From positions 45,053,847 through 45,117,846 of the forward strand of contig CP154954.1 in NCBI GenBank assembly GCA_039621445.1: a stretch of 64,000 nucleotides of DNA. The letters run 5' to 3'. The translations under genes were made by a program, and so were the position numbers. Below the pieces are notes generated by a model that worked only from the letters and a program-made list of their open reading frames with translations, made no database searches and had not been told where the DNA came from. Source of the DNA: Euglena gracilis. Taxonomy: Eukaryota. Within the stretch, counting starts at the first letter, position 1; the number at the start of each line of letters is the position of its first letter. This document shows positions 30,390 to 44,993 of the stretch, piece after piece.

Positions 30390-33300
30390 CGTGGCGGGTG
30401 TGACACAAAACATGGTGTGCGGTCGCGTGCTTGTGTGTTGTACCTCCGTCGCTTAAATTCCCCCTTGAAAGTCGGCATCCTCTGGTCGTTTGCATCATAC
30501 CCCCCCTTTCAAGCAATGTGAACCAATTTTTCGCTCAGCTCCACAATGGCCATTTGTTCAAAGACGTAGGACACAGCTTGTCGGCATATTCCTAAAACAT
30601 TGCCTCTTCTACCACCGAAGGAGGGTGGCGCACAAAAGGACCCTCTGTTTCACATCCAATTTTTTTTCCACCCAGGCCAAGCCAAGGGCCAGGGGGAGGG
30701 ATTGGGCCACCCACACCACTCTGCCCGTGCTCTTTTGCAGAGCTCCAGGCCAGAGTAGAAGCCTGCCAAATTGCCGGTTTGAAAAGGAAACACCGCTTTG
30801 TCCCCCTCTCTGAGAAGCTACTGTTGTAAGGCAAAGGAAGAGTCCCCGCCACACCCCTGCTTAAAGGAAAATATTTTTTTTGCAAGGAGATGGGCTGAAG
30901 CTAGTCCAAAATCGGCCGGTGGTCTAGTTGACCCCAGGGGATCTCGAAGCAGCCCCACCCAGTGGAAGGTTTACCAGCCCTAAATTGCTGAACATCCCCC
31001 GGGGGGGGGGGGGCTGAGTAATTTACCGGGGGGGTCTGCTGATGGGTTTTGTTGGCATAGTTCGGTGAAATTATTATTACATCATTTTCTATTATCACAT
31101 TGTTTCATGACATTATTTCCAGGGTCAGGGTTAATTGCTGTTCGGAAAACGGATTAGGGTTAGGGTTGGTTGGGTTAGGTTGGGCCTAAATTCGGCCTAA
31201 AGTTTATTCCGGAGGACGGCCGAAATCTTATCCCAAACCCCATGTCCTGACAAATAACCCTAATTTTAACCCCGTCCCCGACAAATAGCCCAAACGCTAA
31301 ACTTTATCTGGAGTTGGTTGGCCGTACCACACGTTTGCCCAGGTCATTTCCGGTGGGGAGCGCAAAAACACAGGCAATTTGCCTTTGGGCTTTGTTCCTT
31401 TGGGCAGGGGGGGTCGAACCAGGTTTTGAATAGTGCTGAGCTCTTAACGGGACTTGCAAGTAATGGAAGGCCAAAAAGACTAATTTTGCAAATTTCTTGT
31501 AATTTGTAAATTATAAATTATGTGAAATTACAGCCTTGCAATTTACAGTGATTTTCAGTGATTTTACAATAATTTATAAACTGTTAATGAAATGTTAACC
31601 CCCCCATAAACCCCACACCCGTTTTATTGGGGTTTTTTTCGACTTTTTTGACCTGAACTCCGTAGGTTTCGGGCCAAAAAAAAAACGGGGCGTCGGGTCG
31701 AAAAACGCTTATTTTTCGGCTCAAAGACAAGTTCTGCGCGTCCGGTAGGCCAAAAAACATCGTTTCGGGCAAAAAAAATTTCGCTTTTTTTCGACTTTTT
31801 TGACCTGTTTTTGACACAAAACAATGGGTGGGCGGCCCAAAACGGGGCGCTGGCGGGTCGAAAAGTTTTTTTCGGCTCAAAAACAGTTTTCCGGGTCCGG
31901 GAGGCGAAAAAACAACGTTTTGGGCAAAAAAAATTCGAATGTTTCGACTTTTTGACCCGAAAATGACCCAAAGTCCACAGGATTCGGGCCAAAACGGGGG
32001 GGCCGGAGGGTCAAAAAAAACGCTCCTTTTCGGCTCAAAATGACTTTTTCCAGGTCCGGGAGGCCAAAAAACATGATTTTGGGCCAATAAGTTTTTTTCG
32101 ATTTTTTTTGGGGATTTTTTTCGACTTTATTGGCCGAAAACGGCTAAGTCTGACAGTGGAAAAAATGTACAAAGTCTCCCAAATTGGCCGAAAACGGCCG
32201 TATCTCGGGCTGGGCGGGGAGTTGCAGGGAAATCAAAATACCTGTAGATAGGGCGTTCCAAGGGCTTCAATTTAGGTCTCCAGACATTTCCTTTGGTTTG
32301 CATCATTTTCGAGATATTTTGAAAATATCGATTTTTGGGCCTGAAATGGCAGAGTCCAAAGGGGGGGGGGTGCGACCCCCCCTTTTCCCCAGGGGTAAGC
32401 TTCGCTCTTACCCATAAAGGGATAAGAGCTCAGTGGCCCCCTCTTGTGCCTCCCCCCCCCAAAGGTAGACCCAGTAGTTTGCTGCGGGGAAGAATTCCAG
32501 TTGATTGACTTGAAGCTCTGGAAACGTTTCGGACCCCATGCCCCTGTCAGACAAGCCCATTTTTCCTTTGGTGTATTTGGGAGCAAAGCGTCCACCAAGC
32601 ATCCCCGACCCGACCCCAGGGGGCGATCCAGATTTTCTTTTGCGCTTCTTCCATCCCACAGCCCTCGCGCTTCTCTGTGCACCGTGGGCCGATGACGTGG
32701 GACGAGGGTCGTCCGCAAGCCCTGACCTCAGCCCTTCCAGCCCACGCAAGCGCCGCCCTCTTTGCCATCGCAACAGACATATAGTATTTTGGGGGGTCTG
32801 TATTGTCCAATTTTTTCCCAGCCATTTTTTCTGCCGATTTTGTAAGAACCAAGAACCAGTTTTATTTATTTGCCACATCCCCCCCCCCGGTAGTACCGCT
32901 CCCGCCCACCAGAGGCTGACTCCCCCTTGGATGACAGGTTGCACGGAATTGCTGTCAGCGCCAATGCAAATATCCAATTTGTTTGCTGTATACTCACCAA
33001 AAAAACCAATGTTCAGCAAATATCAAAAAGTAAGCACCCCCTAAATAAATTTTTGAAGGAAATTTTTAGAGAATAGGCCCCTGAAATTGTGTAAATACCT
33101 GAAAAACGTGATTTTTTTCGGAGTTCTGAATTTTAATCCATCTTTCATGTGAGATAATGTCAATTTGAGAAACATCTTGTTCATTATGGAAAGTCCTGCT
33201 TTTGGACCCACGGGAAGGACTTGAAGTTTTCGGCAAGGATGGACACCCCCCAAAAAATTAGACCCCCTTGGGATTTTCTGCAACCGTCCCCAAAGCGGAT

Positions 33301-33407
33301 CCGGGTGTTATTTTCGGGGTTTAGGCCCTCCCAAGTCACATGCAAACAAAGTGACGTTTAGACCACTGCCGATGAACGAACGCCAATCCCTTCTCACACG
33401 TTCAGCA

Positions 33408-36043
33408 ATGCATCCATCCCTTGGCCGAGAACACGCACGCCCATTTGTGCACGCACATCCACGCAGCCCCTTCCCGGGGGGCCATCCCTCGCCATTTGGG
33501 GCGGCTCCAACAGTGGCAAGGCTGCCCCCCCCCCCAGCCCCAGCCCCCCAGCGTTCCAGGCCCGTCCCGGTGGGGGCGGCGGCTTGTCGTCAGCCGCGCC
33601 GCAAGTCCCCCCCGTCCTCCGTCTCCTCCGTGGCGGGAGACTCCGAGGGGGACGTCGCCTTCAGCTTCAGCGTGGCGGGCAGGGCCGCCCCCACTGCCCA
33701 CCCACCTCCCCAGCCAGCTACCTCCCCCCTGTGCGCAATGAACCCCCTTGCCCCATGAACACAGGGTGTCCACACTCTCAAATTTTCACCAAACACCATA
33801 ACTCCAACACCCACACAACCCTCGCCCAATGAACGTGCCCATTCTGGATCGTCCAAAGTGTCCTTTTAAGTGTCATTTGTTGGGCTTCGGGGGCCTTTTT
33901 CGTAGGACGATAGCCCATTTTGCAGCGTCCCATCTGGGGGTTGGCCGTCACACCCCTATTGACCAAGCATTTTTGGATCCTTTTTTTCAAAAAAAAAATG
34001 CCTGACAACATCGACATTCTTTGAATGAGTTGTGCCCCAGAAGGGGTCCGGATAAAGAGAGTTACCCCCCCCCCAATAGCACGACAGGCCGGCATCCGGT
34101 TTTTTCCTGTTAGTTTGGTGTTGGCAGAAAGTCCAAACGGGGCATTTCCTCCAATTCGGGCAACCCCAACCCCCGGAAGCCGGTGTCCCAACTGCCCGAC
34201 GCTGCGTTTGTGTTGGCCCCGAAGTTGCAACGCCGGCGGGGGGGGCCCGCTTCGGGGGGGCGGCGCCCCCCCGGGGGGGGGGGGGGGGCAGTGGCGGGGG
34301 CGGCCCTGGCGGGGGGCCCCCACCGCCGTCTGCTCGCCCTCAGCCTGCAGGCCCACCTTGACGCCCGCCCCGAGGCGGTGTTTGCGAGGGACATCGCCCA
34401 GCCCCCCCCCCTTGGCCCAGGCATGGGGGTGGAGGACACCCCCCACGCCCAGTCACCCCGAAGCCAGCTTCAGCCTCAACACCACCCATATGCATGAGCC
34501 AGCCCTGAAAGGGGGTTGATTCAATTCCTGGGCCCCGGCGTCCGGCTCGTTTGCCCCCCATGTCAATGTTCGGAAAGGTCCAAAGTCACAGACGGCGAGT
34601 GAGTGAACAGGTGGCAGGCCAGGGCTCCAGCCCCAGGGGTCCCTCCCGGCCGGGGGGGGGGGGGCTGGCGGCACCGGCAACCACCCGCTGCACAGCGCGG
34701 TGGCCGCCAAGGCAGCCGACTGTGTCGCTGTCCTGGTGGACCGCCACGCCGCCCTGGACCGGCACTTCGACCCGGCGGCGCTCGTGAACGCCGCCGGCCA
34801 GAGCCCGGCCAGGCCACCCCCCGGGCCGGGGAGGCCCAGTGGTTCGGGGGAGGGTCGTGTGCAGCACAATCATGCACTGTACCAGCAGTCGCCTTGCATA
34901 CTTTTCGACGTCCGCCCAAATGCAAGCTCGTACATTTTTTCCCGAAAACCCACCCACGCATGACCCCCCCCGGGACCCAGGGACCAGGGGGTTGACCCCC
35001 CTGGCGGGGGTCAACCCCCCCATCAGGGCGGCATTTAAACCCCCTCCCCCGGGGTTGTCCAGCTCGAGGCTGGAAAGTTTGGGCTGGCTGGAAAAGGTTG
35101 CTGACTAACCCCCCCCATGGGGGTCCCCGGCTGGAACTGGGCCAGGACCCAATCAAAACTGTAAAAATGCCCCCAAAAAACTGCCAATTACGCAAAAATC
35201 AGTTTTTGGCCCAAGATTTGCTTTAGCCAGCCCTCCGGCTTCAGTGATGATTTGCCCCCCACCAAAAGCCACCAAAAATCCACCGAAACCCATTGAAAAA
35301 TTTTCCTGGCCCAGCCTTCGGTCTTATGCAAGCCTCTGGAGCATGTGGCAGAATTTCCACGCAGACATTTCCCCCCGTGAGAATTTCTGGCTGAATTCCC
35401 CATCCACATTTTTTGGGGGGACGGGTATTTGTGGTCATCGACAGCCGGGCTTTCCAAACACCCGAGGCCTTCAGCACAGAAGACCACTTTCCCCACGTCT
35501 CCTGCTGTCCCATGTCTCCCGGCCAGTGAGGCTCGCCTCCCGTACCACACCGGGATGACGGGACACTCGGGAGCCTCCGTTCACGCGATTTGTTCCCCAG
35601 AAACGGTCTTTCCGCGAGCATCAACGAAAGCAACAGCGGCCCCCCAAAGTTTGTTCGCCCAGAATTGCCCGCTCGTGGCGACGTTGATGGTCGTTGGGCC
35701 GGGGCCCCCTTCAGGCCATGGGTGGCCTGGGCTCGCTGGACCTGGCGGCGGGGCACGAGGGCTGCCGCGCGGCCCTCGCCCTCTGGCGGCCGCCCCCCGC
35801 GCCGCTCGCCGTGGTCCGCCCGCAGCGGGCGAAGACCGGCGCGCTGCTCTTCGACCTCACCGCCTCCCCGCTGGTGGACGACCCCCCGGGCCCCCACCCC
35901 CCCTTTGCTGGGGCTTGCCCCCCCCCGACCACGGCACCACTTTGGACCCCAATGGGATCAGGCACAGTGCTGGGGGCCGGCCAGAGACAGCACTCGCCTA
36001 GCCAGCGCAGCCCAGGTCGTGCAGCGTAGTAGGGCAGACCTCA

Positions 36044-36129
<86 letters not shown>

Positions 36130-37151
36130 GTACGTTGGGGGCCCGCCGCCAGCCATTCGTCCGGTCGGGCGGCACGCTCTCCAAGCTCATCGCGGGGCTC
36201 CTGCAGGCGGACGCCGCCTTCCTCGTGCAGAACCGGCCGTACGCGGATTGGCTGTGGAGCCCAGCGCCCCGGCCCTGGTGCTAATGGCACAGGTTGGCCA
36301 CCCACGCCACGCATTGCACAGGGGCCACCCCCACACGGTCGATTGCATGATTTTGGCCTGTTTCTGGTTTAACTCCTGTTGGTGTGGGTGGGTGGGTGAT
36401 GTGGTGTGTGTGCGCTTTCTGTGGGGGGCGGTAACATTATCGGAATTTGCAGTTCGATTATTTTTTTGTCTTATAATCACCTCATAATTTGTTTCAGTAT
36501 TATCATTTAGTGTATTTGTTCAATTTTTGATGCATTTAGGTTTCAGAAGTGAACAAATTTACATGGTGGTTTCCACGATTGTTTCTCTTGTTCTTTTTTT
36601 TCCGTGTTTTCTGAAGTCAACTCTGGCGATTGTTGCTCAGCCGCACCACCATAGGTTGCCGGGGGGGGGCACCGTTTTCTTTTGGCCTGGGGGCAGGCTC
36701 AGCCCGCCGGACCGCTGCCCGCAACGCAACTCCCTGGCGGAGGGCGTGTCATGGCGCTGCCACGCGCCGGCCACCGAGATGGCGCAGCGCCTCACCACGA
36801 TGTGGAAAGCCGACGATGAGGCCGGGGCGGGCCCTGGTCCCCCCCCCCCACACACCAAACGCCATCGCTGGGGGGGAGGGCGGTATCCCCCCCCCGCCGC
36901 CGCCGCCGGACCGGGCGGGGCCGGCCCTGGGCGCGGCCCTGTTCGCGGAGGCCCTCGCGGTGTACGCCCCTGACTCGTTCCTCCACCAGGCGGTCCACAA
37001 TGCGCAGCCCCACCAGCCCCGCCCGCCCTAAACCAGACATGCGGGTTGGGCGCTGCCAATCCTCAACACACACACACACACACGCACACACACACACACA
37101 CAAACACACACAACACACACACACACACAACACACACACACACACATACAC

Positions 37152-37206
<55 letters not shown>

Positions 37207-40200
37207 CGCCCGATGGTTCCTCCCTCATGTATGAATGTACCCCCAGCGATTCACTCGGTGGTGTGATGCCGTGTAAATGCGGGGCGGGGGGCGTAACCGG
37301 TGACGCCACCCTCCCTAGCAGGCGGGGCTGCCCCCGGCCAGGAGATCGGGAAGCACGTGGCTCCCTTCCTGAAGCTGCTGCACTGTGCACTACACCCAGG
37401 ACGCTGGGGGTAACAGGAGAGGCAGAAGGTGTTGGCTCTTCATTGGCTGATAGCGGATGACAGGTGACATAATCATCGTTCCTACAGCCAGTGTAAATAA
37501 TCCAGAGGTTCTTTCCCACCGAAAGTGTCCTACGATATAGGTCCAAAAATCTAAATTGGATATGCCCCCCATTTTGGAGTTCCAGTGTGCTGTCTGCAGA
37601 CAGTCAGCACCTTTTTTTTTCCAGCCAGCAGCTTCCGTCCGGGCTGTGGACACCCGAGTGGGCGGAGGGTACGCTGTTAAATAATTGGGGATGCATACAG
37701 CTGGACCCAACCCAAAGAATGTTATGTAAAAAGAATAATTTTTTTTGACGGTCAAAGAAAGATGGCTTGGTGGTTTAGCTCGAATTTTTGGCTAAAGGCT
37801 TTTATCAGGGGAGGAAAGAATGCGGACCACGCAATCCACATACTCCCACATAATTTGCTTTTGGGGGGAAATGGTTTGATATAGTTGTTGTCTTTTTTAA
37901 AAATAAAAAAAACATTTGTTGTTCGCATTCTTTGTTGTCTTGTAAGGGACAGGCAGCGCCTTGCTTTCGGGCCAGCACCTTCATCCAGCTGGCAGGACCC
38001 CTCCCTCCGATCCTTGAGAGACTTAAGAGAGACCCCCTGCGTGCGGGCACTGGTTCTGGCATGCCCCGGCCTCCTGGCGATCCAATCCGCCCCCACGGAG
38101 CAGCGGTACCACGGCAGTTGCTACGCCGCGGTCTCTCTCGCCACCGCGGAGCAGGTGTGCCGCCGCAACAAGTCCGCCGTCCAAGCCCCACCGTACGCCG
38201 GGCGGCATTTTGTCGGGCCATATCGGAGCAGTGTGCCTCAACCAGAAGGGAAGAAACACCGGGGTGGCCCCTCTCGTCTTGCGACAACGACCGGGGGAGA
38301 TGATGGTTTGGCAGTGCCTTGGACACCCACAATGCAAATTCCTGCAGCAACTCTGAGAAAGAGGGTTTCATAAGATTTTCTTCTGATCAGTGACTGTTTT
38401 AAAAGGTTGTTGGTCGGGGGTGGGCGAATTTCCTTGGCCCAGGGTGATTTAAAATCCCCTTCTCTGCCTTTTGATCTCTGAGGCGTGTATGCATCTCTTC
38501 TCTCAAAAGCTCTCCCAACTCTTACCGCTGCTGTTTTCGCAATTAGTTCACATTTTTATGTTTAAATGATTTGGTTTATCATCGGAACAACATATTTTTA
38601 CCAAAGAATCATGCATCTCCCGACACAGAGTTCACAGATTTGGGCCATGTAGCAAACGAAGGGGATTTGAGGCAACAGCAAATGTTTTTGACTCTAACAC
38701 CTCAATAACAGCCGCCCCCTCAACCAACTGTTTTAACCAACTGCCCAAGCCCGTTGCGCCCCAAAATAGTGGGGCTATTACTCAGAAGGGCTCTGGTGTA
38801 CCTCCCGAGGCGGCGGTTGGCTTGGGTGGGGGTTGCCCGCGACACGCTGTTGGACTGCTTCCGGTTCGACGGCATCGTCACCGCCACAACGTCCCCCCAG
38901 TCGCCCGCGGCTCGGTGGGGGTCGGGCCGGTTCGGTCGGGTTCGGGTGCCTGGGCCGGGCCGTCGGAGGGGGGTCTGGCTGTCTGGTGGACATGGGACAG
39001 CCAAAGGGGAGGAATCCCAGAAACGACCGGATGACCTCTCTGCTGTTCTCTGGGGGAAAGTGTGTTGCAATCATTATTTTTTGATTTTATTTCGGCATTT
39101 CCGCAGTCCTAATTCACTTCACAATTCAAGAGAGAGCGCAGAGGCTTTTTGCATGACGGCATCAAAGGATGAAGGGTGGGCTCGATTCTTTAAGCTCCAT
39201 CCAGGAATCTCCCCCCGACGTTGTCACTCCGTGAGGTTGTGACCAACCACCTTGTCTCTTTGGGTCTGTGCCCGTTGACCATTGTTGCAAAGCTGTGTCC
39301 AGCCTATACCGACTGAAGTTGCCATGTCTAAATTTTTTGCCATTTTCACTGAGGATGTGGTTGGCATTGGAATTACCGATGCCCACTCTCCCCCCCCCCC
39401 CGGCTTCCTACCGGAAAGGTATTGGCGGCAACAATTTAGGCAGCCGACATGGTGCACGGGGTGGGGGGTTGGGTGCTTCTTCCCTGTGTCTGTTTTTTTG
39501 GATGAGCGGGGCGGGCATTTGGGGTTACCCCCCAACAGTGTCGTCCACTGAGCCAGTTGCGGGCCAAAAAGTGTGGTCGCGGTGGACCTACCGCTCGTCA
39601 GGGCCGTGGCGGCCCAGCACGCACCGCAATGACAGCCCCGCCTGGCCACGCCGGGTGGGCCGCCTCCCGTGGGGTACCGGGCGGCGCCCGCGGCCGCCCA
39701 CCAGCTGCTGCACGGCGCCCGCAAGGCGCTGGTGGTCGTCACCCCCGCGGACAGCGAGGACCCCGGCCAGCCCCCCCCCCCCACCCCGGGACGTGATACA
39801 CCGCCTGAGAGCATCCCTCCGGTGTGTGGGGCTGCAGTTGGGGGGGGGGGGCTGGTCTCATTGGGGGGGGGGCCTGGGCCCAACTGCTGCCCAGTACGGC
39901 TGCCGGGCAACGGGGCGGAGGTGGCGTTCGCCGCCACGCAGCTGTACAGGGTGACGGCGGCCGGGTACCTCCCGGGGCGGGAGGTGGCGGCCCGCCTGGG
40001 GGTGGGCGAGCCCCTGGGGGAGAACTTCCTCATTATTGAGCTGGAGGCCGTCGCCCGGGGACGCCCACCGGGGAGGGGGGGGGGGGGGGCTTTGGGGTAA
40101 TCTGGGGGGGGGGGGGGCGGAGACATGGCAGCAGAGTGGAAAGAATGCGTTTTTTTTTTGTGGCTTTGTCGTTTTGTGAGGTTTTTTTTTGGGAGCCCTG

Positions 40201-40678
40201 GTGCCCTAAGGCGGGGGGGGGGGGGTCTCTCCGTGTGTCGGTCGTTTCCAGTTTCCATCCCCGTGCGTTGTGTGCTGTTGTCGGGGCGTGCGATGGTGTG
40301 ACGGTGTGGGATGACGCGCCGAACGTTGTAACGTGCCCGACCCTGCTGGGCCTGTCCGGGCAAACCCTCCACGGCGCCAAATCCGACCCCCCCCCCCGGG
40401 GAAATAGCCAAAGGTGCCTAGCCCCTCAGCCACGCCGGAATGACCAGGCAGGCAGGCAGGCGGGGGGCGGGGGGCTGGGGGCTGCCAGGCACCCCCCCAG
40501 GACCTCTGAGCCCCCTCTCCCCAGGGGGGGGGGGGCAGGGAAGGGTTGGGTGGGGGCGGGGAGCCTTCCCGGCGGGGACGCGTTCTGGGACCTCGTCCCG
40601 GACATGGTGAAGAGTGAGCGGCAGGCGGACGGGCTGGGCCCGCTGATGGCGGCCCGGCTCCGCGCCGCCCACGGGGAC
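33408..40678 (+). CDS. Gene 2, 5' part (multi-exon): ankyrin repeats plus degenerate ADP-ribosyltransferase-like domain; start codon uncertain
   Basis: Exons ~33408-33676, 34314-34395, 34673-34806, 35735-35883, 36151-36238, ~36700-36825, ~36920-37005, ~38000-38180, ~38790-38898, ~39590-39764, 39882-40056, 40296-~40378, ~40556-40678. Splicing creates the ankyrin motifs DITGNHPLHSAVAAKAADCVAVLVD and NAAGQSPLDLAAGH. ART-like segments: AVYAPDSFLHQAVHNA, YHGSCYAAV, GAEVAFAATQLYRV. Confidence 0.75.
34396..34672 (+). other. Non-conventional intron
   Basis: GCC-CAGCCCCC...GGGGGCTG-GCGGC; restores ankyrin RDITGNHPLH. Confidence 0.85.
34807..35734 (+). other. Non-conventional intron
   Basis: GGC-CAGGCCACCC...GGGTGGCCTG-GGCTC; restores GQSPLDLA. 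Confidence 0.88.
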
Positions 40679-41129
40679 CCCCGGCCGGGAATCCCCCCCC
40701 CCCAAGGGACAAAGACTGACCCAGGCAGAGAACCAGATGGTGTGGGCCAAGGCAGGTGCATTGGCGGTGCGTTCAGTGGGATGGTGGTGCTTGAGGCAAC
40801 GGTCGGGGGAAAAAATCGATGTCTACCTTTTTTTAGGTCGAAATTCTCTTCCGTTTGGACTTGACTTGGTTGAAGTCGTTTGGACTCGACTTCAACCATT
40901 CGATCCAAAGATTTCCTTCCTCCTCACCCCCCCCCCCCTCGCGGTGCCTCTCCTCCAACCTGCAGGTTTGGGCCCTAAATTTGGCTTCCGCCTAAACTTG
41001 CGATCTTGGCCTGCAGTTGCCCATTGGGGAGGTGTGGCGTGGCACAGGAGCAAACGCCTCAGCGTGGGCTTTGCACCCAAACAAGCACACGGAATTCAGT
41101 GCGAAAGGGTAAAGGCATGCTTTCCTCAG

Positions 41130-42530
41130 ATGTAATGATGCTACAGGTGACGAAGAATTCTTTCCAGCAGGGTGAGGACAGCGATCCAGACAAAGGCATC
41201 GTCCCATGAATTCAACCACAACATCATAATGTCATCCAATTTGCAAAAAAAAAACAAGGTTGAATTTGTTTGCCCCAGATTGCGTTAATTGGTTGAAACA
41301 ATGTTTTGGAGTAGGCGGTGTCTGGTGTCAAAAGCCTGAAACCGGCAGAGCCATGGAAAGGCGTGTGCGGTATTGATAGTCACCCTCCTCGTGGACCGCC
41401 CTAAACAATTGCCGGCCACTGAATATGGTGTTGCCGCCGCCGAGCAGAAGCATCGATTCGAAGCCACCAAACCCAGGCATCAGTGCCATTGTTGGTGAGA
41501 TGAAGGTGCCGCAGGCTTCATTTCATCATCTATGGGTATCCATCATATCATAAAGCAACGAACGTTCAGGGAGTGTCTCGTGTGGTTCACCTCTCCTCAA
41601 CGCTCGCCACGTTCCATCCCCCGGATCTTTGCCAAACGGGTGTGGGCGTGGGTGCAGGCAAATTTTTCAGCAATACAAGGACCATTGTCAAGCCGCTGAC
41701 ATTGCCCACTGCGGCGACATTGCATCATTGCAGAGGACGGTTCTTAGGATCCTCCAACGTACCCCACTCCAACCGCCACTCAACCCGCCCACTGGGACTG
41801 CCAGTGCTTTGATTCAAAATTTGCTGGTTTCCCATTTGTAATTCCTGAAAATTCTCCCAGGTTTGAATGAAGTATTCCTCTGGGATTTCAGAATCTGAAG
41901 AAAAATCCTCAAAAATCCTCTGGGTTTGCAGTTTTCTGCAGTTTTTCCATCAAACGTCTGTGAATTTTATGATGTAAAACGCATTTTCTGAGAGAATTTC
42001 AGTCATGATGGAATCTATCTGAGATCCTCGGTTGAGAGAAAACCTGGGGTTGGAACACGGAAATTGTGAGGCATTTCTTCCCACTCATTTCCTCTCCGTG
42101 GTGGGGAACTACCTGTGAGAAATGGTGTGCCAACTAGGAAACGGGACCCTCCCCATCATCATGGACAGGCTCCATTCAACAAGATTGTGGGGGCACCTGT
42201 GGGCTGAGCAAGGCGGTGGCGAGGGTCTCGGTCCGCGTAGGGCCGCTTCTGGACGTCCAGATTCGGCCTGCAGGCCACATTGGAATGGCCTTGCAATTGG
42301 GCTTCCACTTGCATTTGTGCCCTGCATTTGCACTTGCACACCATGGCAATGTTTGAGCAATGCCAAGTGATTACCATCCCATCGCCACCTCGAGGAATAA
42401 ACAGGCAGATGTTGTACCACAAAAAGCCTGTCGTGGCCACCGCATCGTCCCATACATGTGCAAAGCACGCACCTCCCGATGTCGACGAGAAACAGCAAAA
42501 TGGACCGGAGCTTATATGTAGAATTCCTTA
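41130..42530 (-). mobile_element. Decayed non-LTR retrotransposon (APE endonuclease and RT relic)
   Basis: Minus-strand motifs in LINE order: LVDIGR..HDRLFV..NHLAL (APE end), GKDPGDG, VALYDDGYP..LRHLHLTN, GRST, FQAFDT, KLDDIM; many stops and frameshifts. Confidence 0.6.
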
Positions 42531-44993
42531 GCACAGCGTGGGGAGTTGGACCTGCCCTTGCAGCCTGGTACAGCGTTCACACCCACCTGCGATGGGAGGG
42601 GCCAAGCGCTTAGTCGCTGGAAGAGGTTATTGGCTGGTTTTTGTTGCGAGTATTGATTGTTTTTTTTTTTAGCCCAAACCCCCTCCCCCTGGGGCAACCC
42701 TTTCACACCCGAAGGAGGCCATGGGGGCCAGATACATGCCAAGCCCCAAGAACATCATTCATGCATTCACCGTTGATTTTCCATTCCCTTCCTGTGCCCG
42801 CCATAAGCTGGCCGTGGGTGGGGCACGGCTAGGGGCCATCTGCGGCAGGAGGAGAAGCTGCCTTGCAGGAGGCTCTCGAGCCTCCACGAATGGCCCATAA
42901 CCGTTAAACTGCCCCGGCGCCGAAGGTGCCGCAACAAATTTTGGCTGCTTTTGCACGTCTGTGGTCAATTCTCTCGTGGCTTGGGGCTGGGGTATACCCC
43001 CCTTTGCTAACTCCCCTGCGGAACGGGTTGGTGGGGCACAGGCCCCACGCTGCCTGCCGCCCGCCTGGCCATTGTGCTGGCTCGCGTGGGGCCAGGAGTG
43101 GTGGTTGGATGCCTGCCCGGGGGGTTGCCACCCGGGCGATGGCGCTGGCGACCGGGTGGTCCCCCCCTCGAGGGGGCAGTGACCGACCGGGTTTCCAAAA
43201 AAATTGGCTGGTTGGTTTTTGGAAGAGTGGTAACGCCCCCTTCCCTGTCCAGAGGGTCGGTGGAAATAAATTGTTTGGCGCCAAGTTCCTCCGCAGTGCG
43301 GGCTGGCCTCAGTGGACAAGTGATTGCCTCCTCAATTTCTGTTCATTTGGACCACAGAAAGCCAGTTTGCATTTGTCCCCTGCAACTTTTTAACCTTTTG
43401 GGGGGTATGCAATCGCCGCACTGCAAGGAACTCAAACGGATGGGAGTGATGAAGCGGTTTATTCTTTGCACCGGCACAGGGTGCTGTTTCAGGAAATGAT
43501 TTTCCACCAATTGTTTTGTTGGTTTGCCCATTGTCACAAGATGAAAAAGGTATTTTTACAGGAACAAAAGAGACCAAAGACCATGAAATTGGAGGTCCTA
43601 ACAGAAACTGCATTTCGAACAATCAAAATTCCAGCAACCAAAAGTTTAGGGATTACTGAAAGTGGTCAAGATGCTCGGGTTGCAAGGCTCACCAACATGT
43701 GTCCTGATTGTTCAAAGATTATTTTCAGAAAGCAAAAAGGAGGACAACGCTGTTTCTGTGATGGCAAAATCAGCAAACGTTTTATTGGACCGTGTGGGGA
43801 AGAAGCGTCATACAACAGGCACACAAAGACCACACCAGCCCACAGTGGCCATATTCATTATCCCAAGCAAAAGGGTACATGTCTTTGCTCGACCACAACA
43901 AAGGCTTCAAAAGAAGTGGCCAAATTCGGTGATATTTTGCCACAATTTTGTGTGCTCAAATCTTCTTCATGGTTGTCAGTTTTTTTGTCGATCAACAGCA
44001 GAGAATTCTATCATAAATTATTGAATTGGGACCCGGAGTTTAAGGCTGCAACAAAAACATGAGAAAGGACAGTGGGCATTGCCTATTTGTGGTATTATTA
44101 TCAAATTATGATCATTATGAAAGTACCATACTTGATGGTGAATATAAATGCAAACATAATTATAAACATTATTATAAATGTAAATATAAATCTAAGTTCA
44201 AAATTACGTATACGTATAAACATAAATACAAATACAGATACAAATTTATATTTGGGGGGGGGGCTTTATATTGGGGGGGGTATAATAAAAGAATAAAGAT
44301 ATAAATATACACAAAATGTAAATGTAAACAGAGACGTCAATACGAATATGAATTCAAATATGAATACAAATATTTAATTATAAATTATTCTGCAATTATT
44401 TCATAAATGTACAATGTATGATGCACAAAAAAATATAATAAAATATAAATGCATATGTCATATGCATGTAAAATGTTTTTTCTGTTCGTACAGGGTATCT
44501 GATATTAAAAGAGGGCCATTAACAAGAAGCAAAGTGTTTTCCACAATAAATTTCAATTTCAATTTGAGCTTTTCTATTGCGAATTTTATCAATAAATCTG
44601 TTCCGCAGGGGTAAATATAAAAAGTGGCTGGCATTTTCTGGTCCAATTGACCGAGAGTATTTAGTTTCTTCTTTTTTTTTTCATTTTGGTTTCTGATCTG
44701 TTTTTTTTTTTGGAATTTAAAAGAGGGGAGAGGTGTATGGCACATCGGTGAAGAAGAGGTCATCCGGGACCTCTTCCCGTTGTTTTTTGTTGTTCTCATG
44801 AAGGTCAGCAAGTGATTTCAGCAACAGGATCATGGAACCAATTTGGTCTCGTTTTTGGCACAGTTTTAGGCTTAAAATTTGCCCTAAGTGCCTTACACAA
44901 AACTTTAATCATATTATTGACCCTGTCAAACCCTCCAATCATATCATGAACGTTAGAACAATCCCAGAGGAAACGTCAAGGTCAAACATGAAG

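Noticed and set aside
31590-33330. piggyBac-like element starting TTAACCCC
   Set aside because: No convincing right TIR or TTAA duplication found.
43466-44062. 198-aa ORF
   Set aside because: AT-rich codon use unlike the host exons and no recognisable domain; possibly a TE relic.
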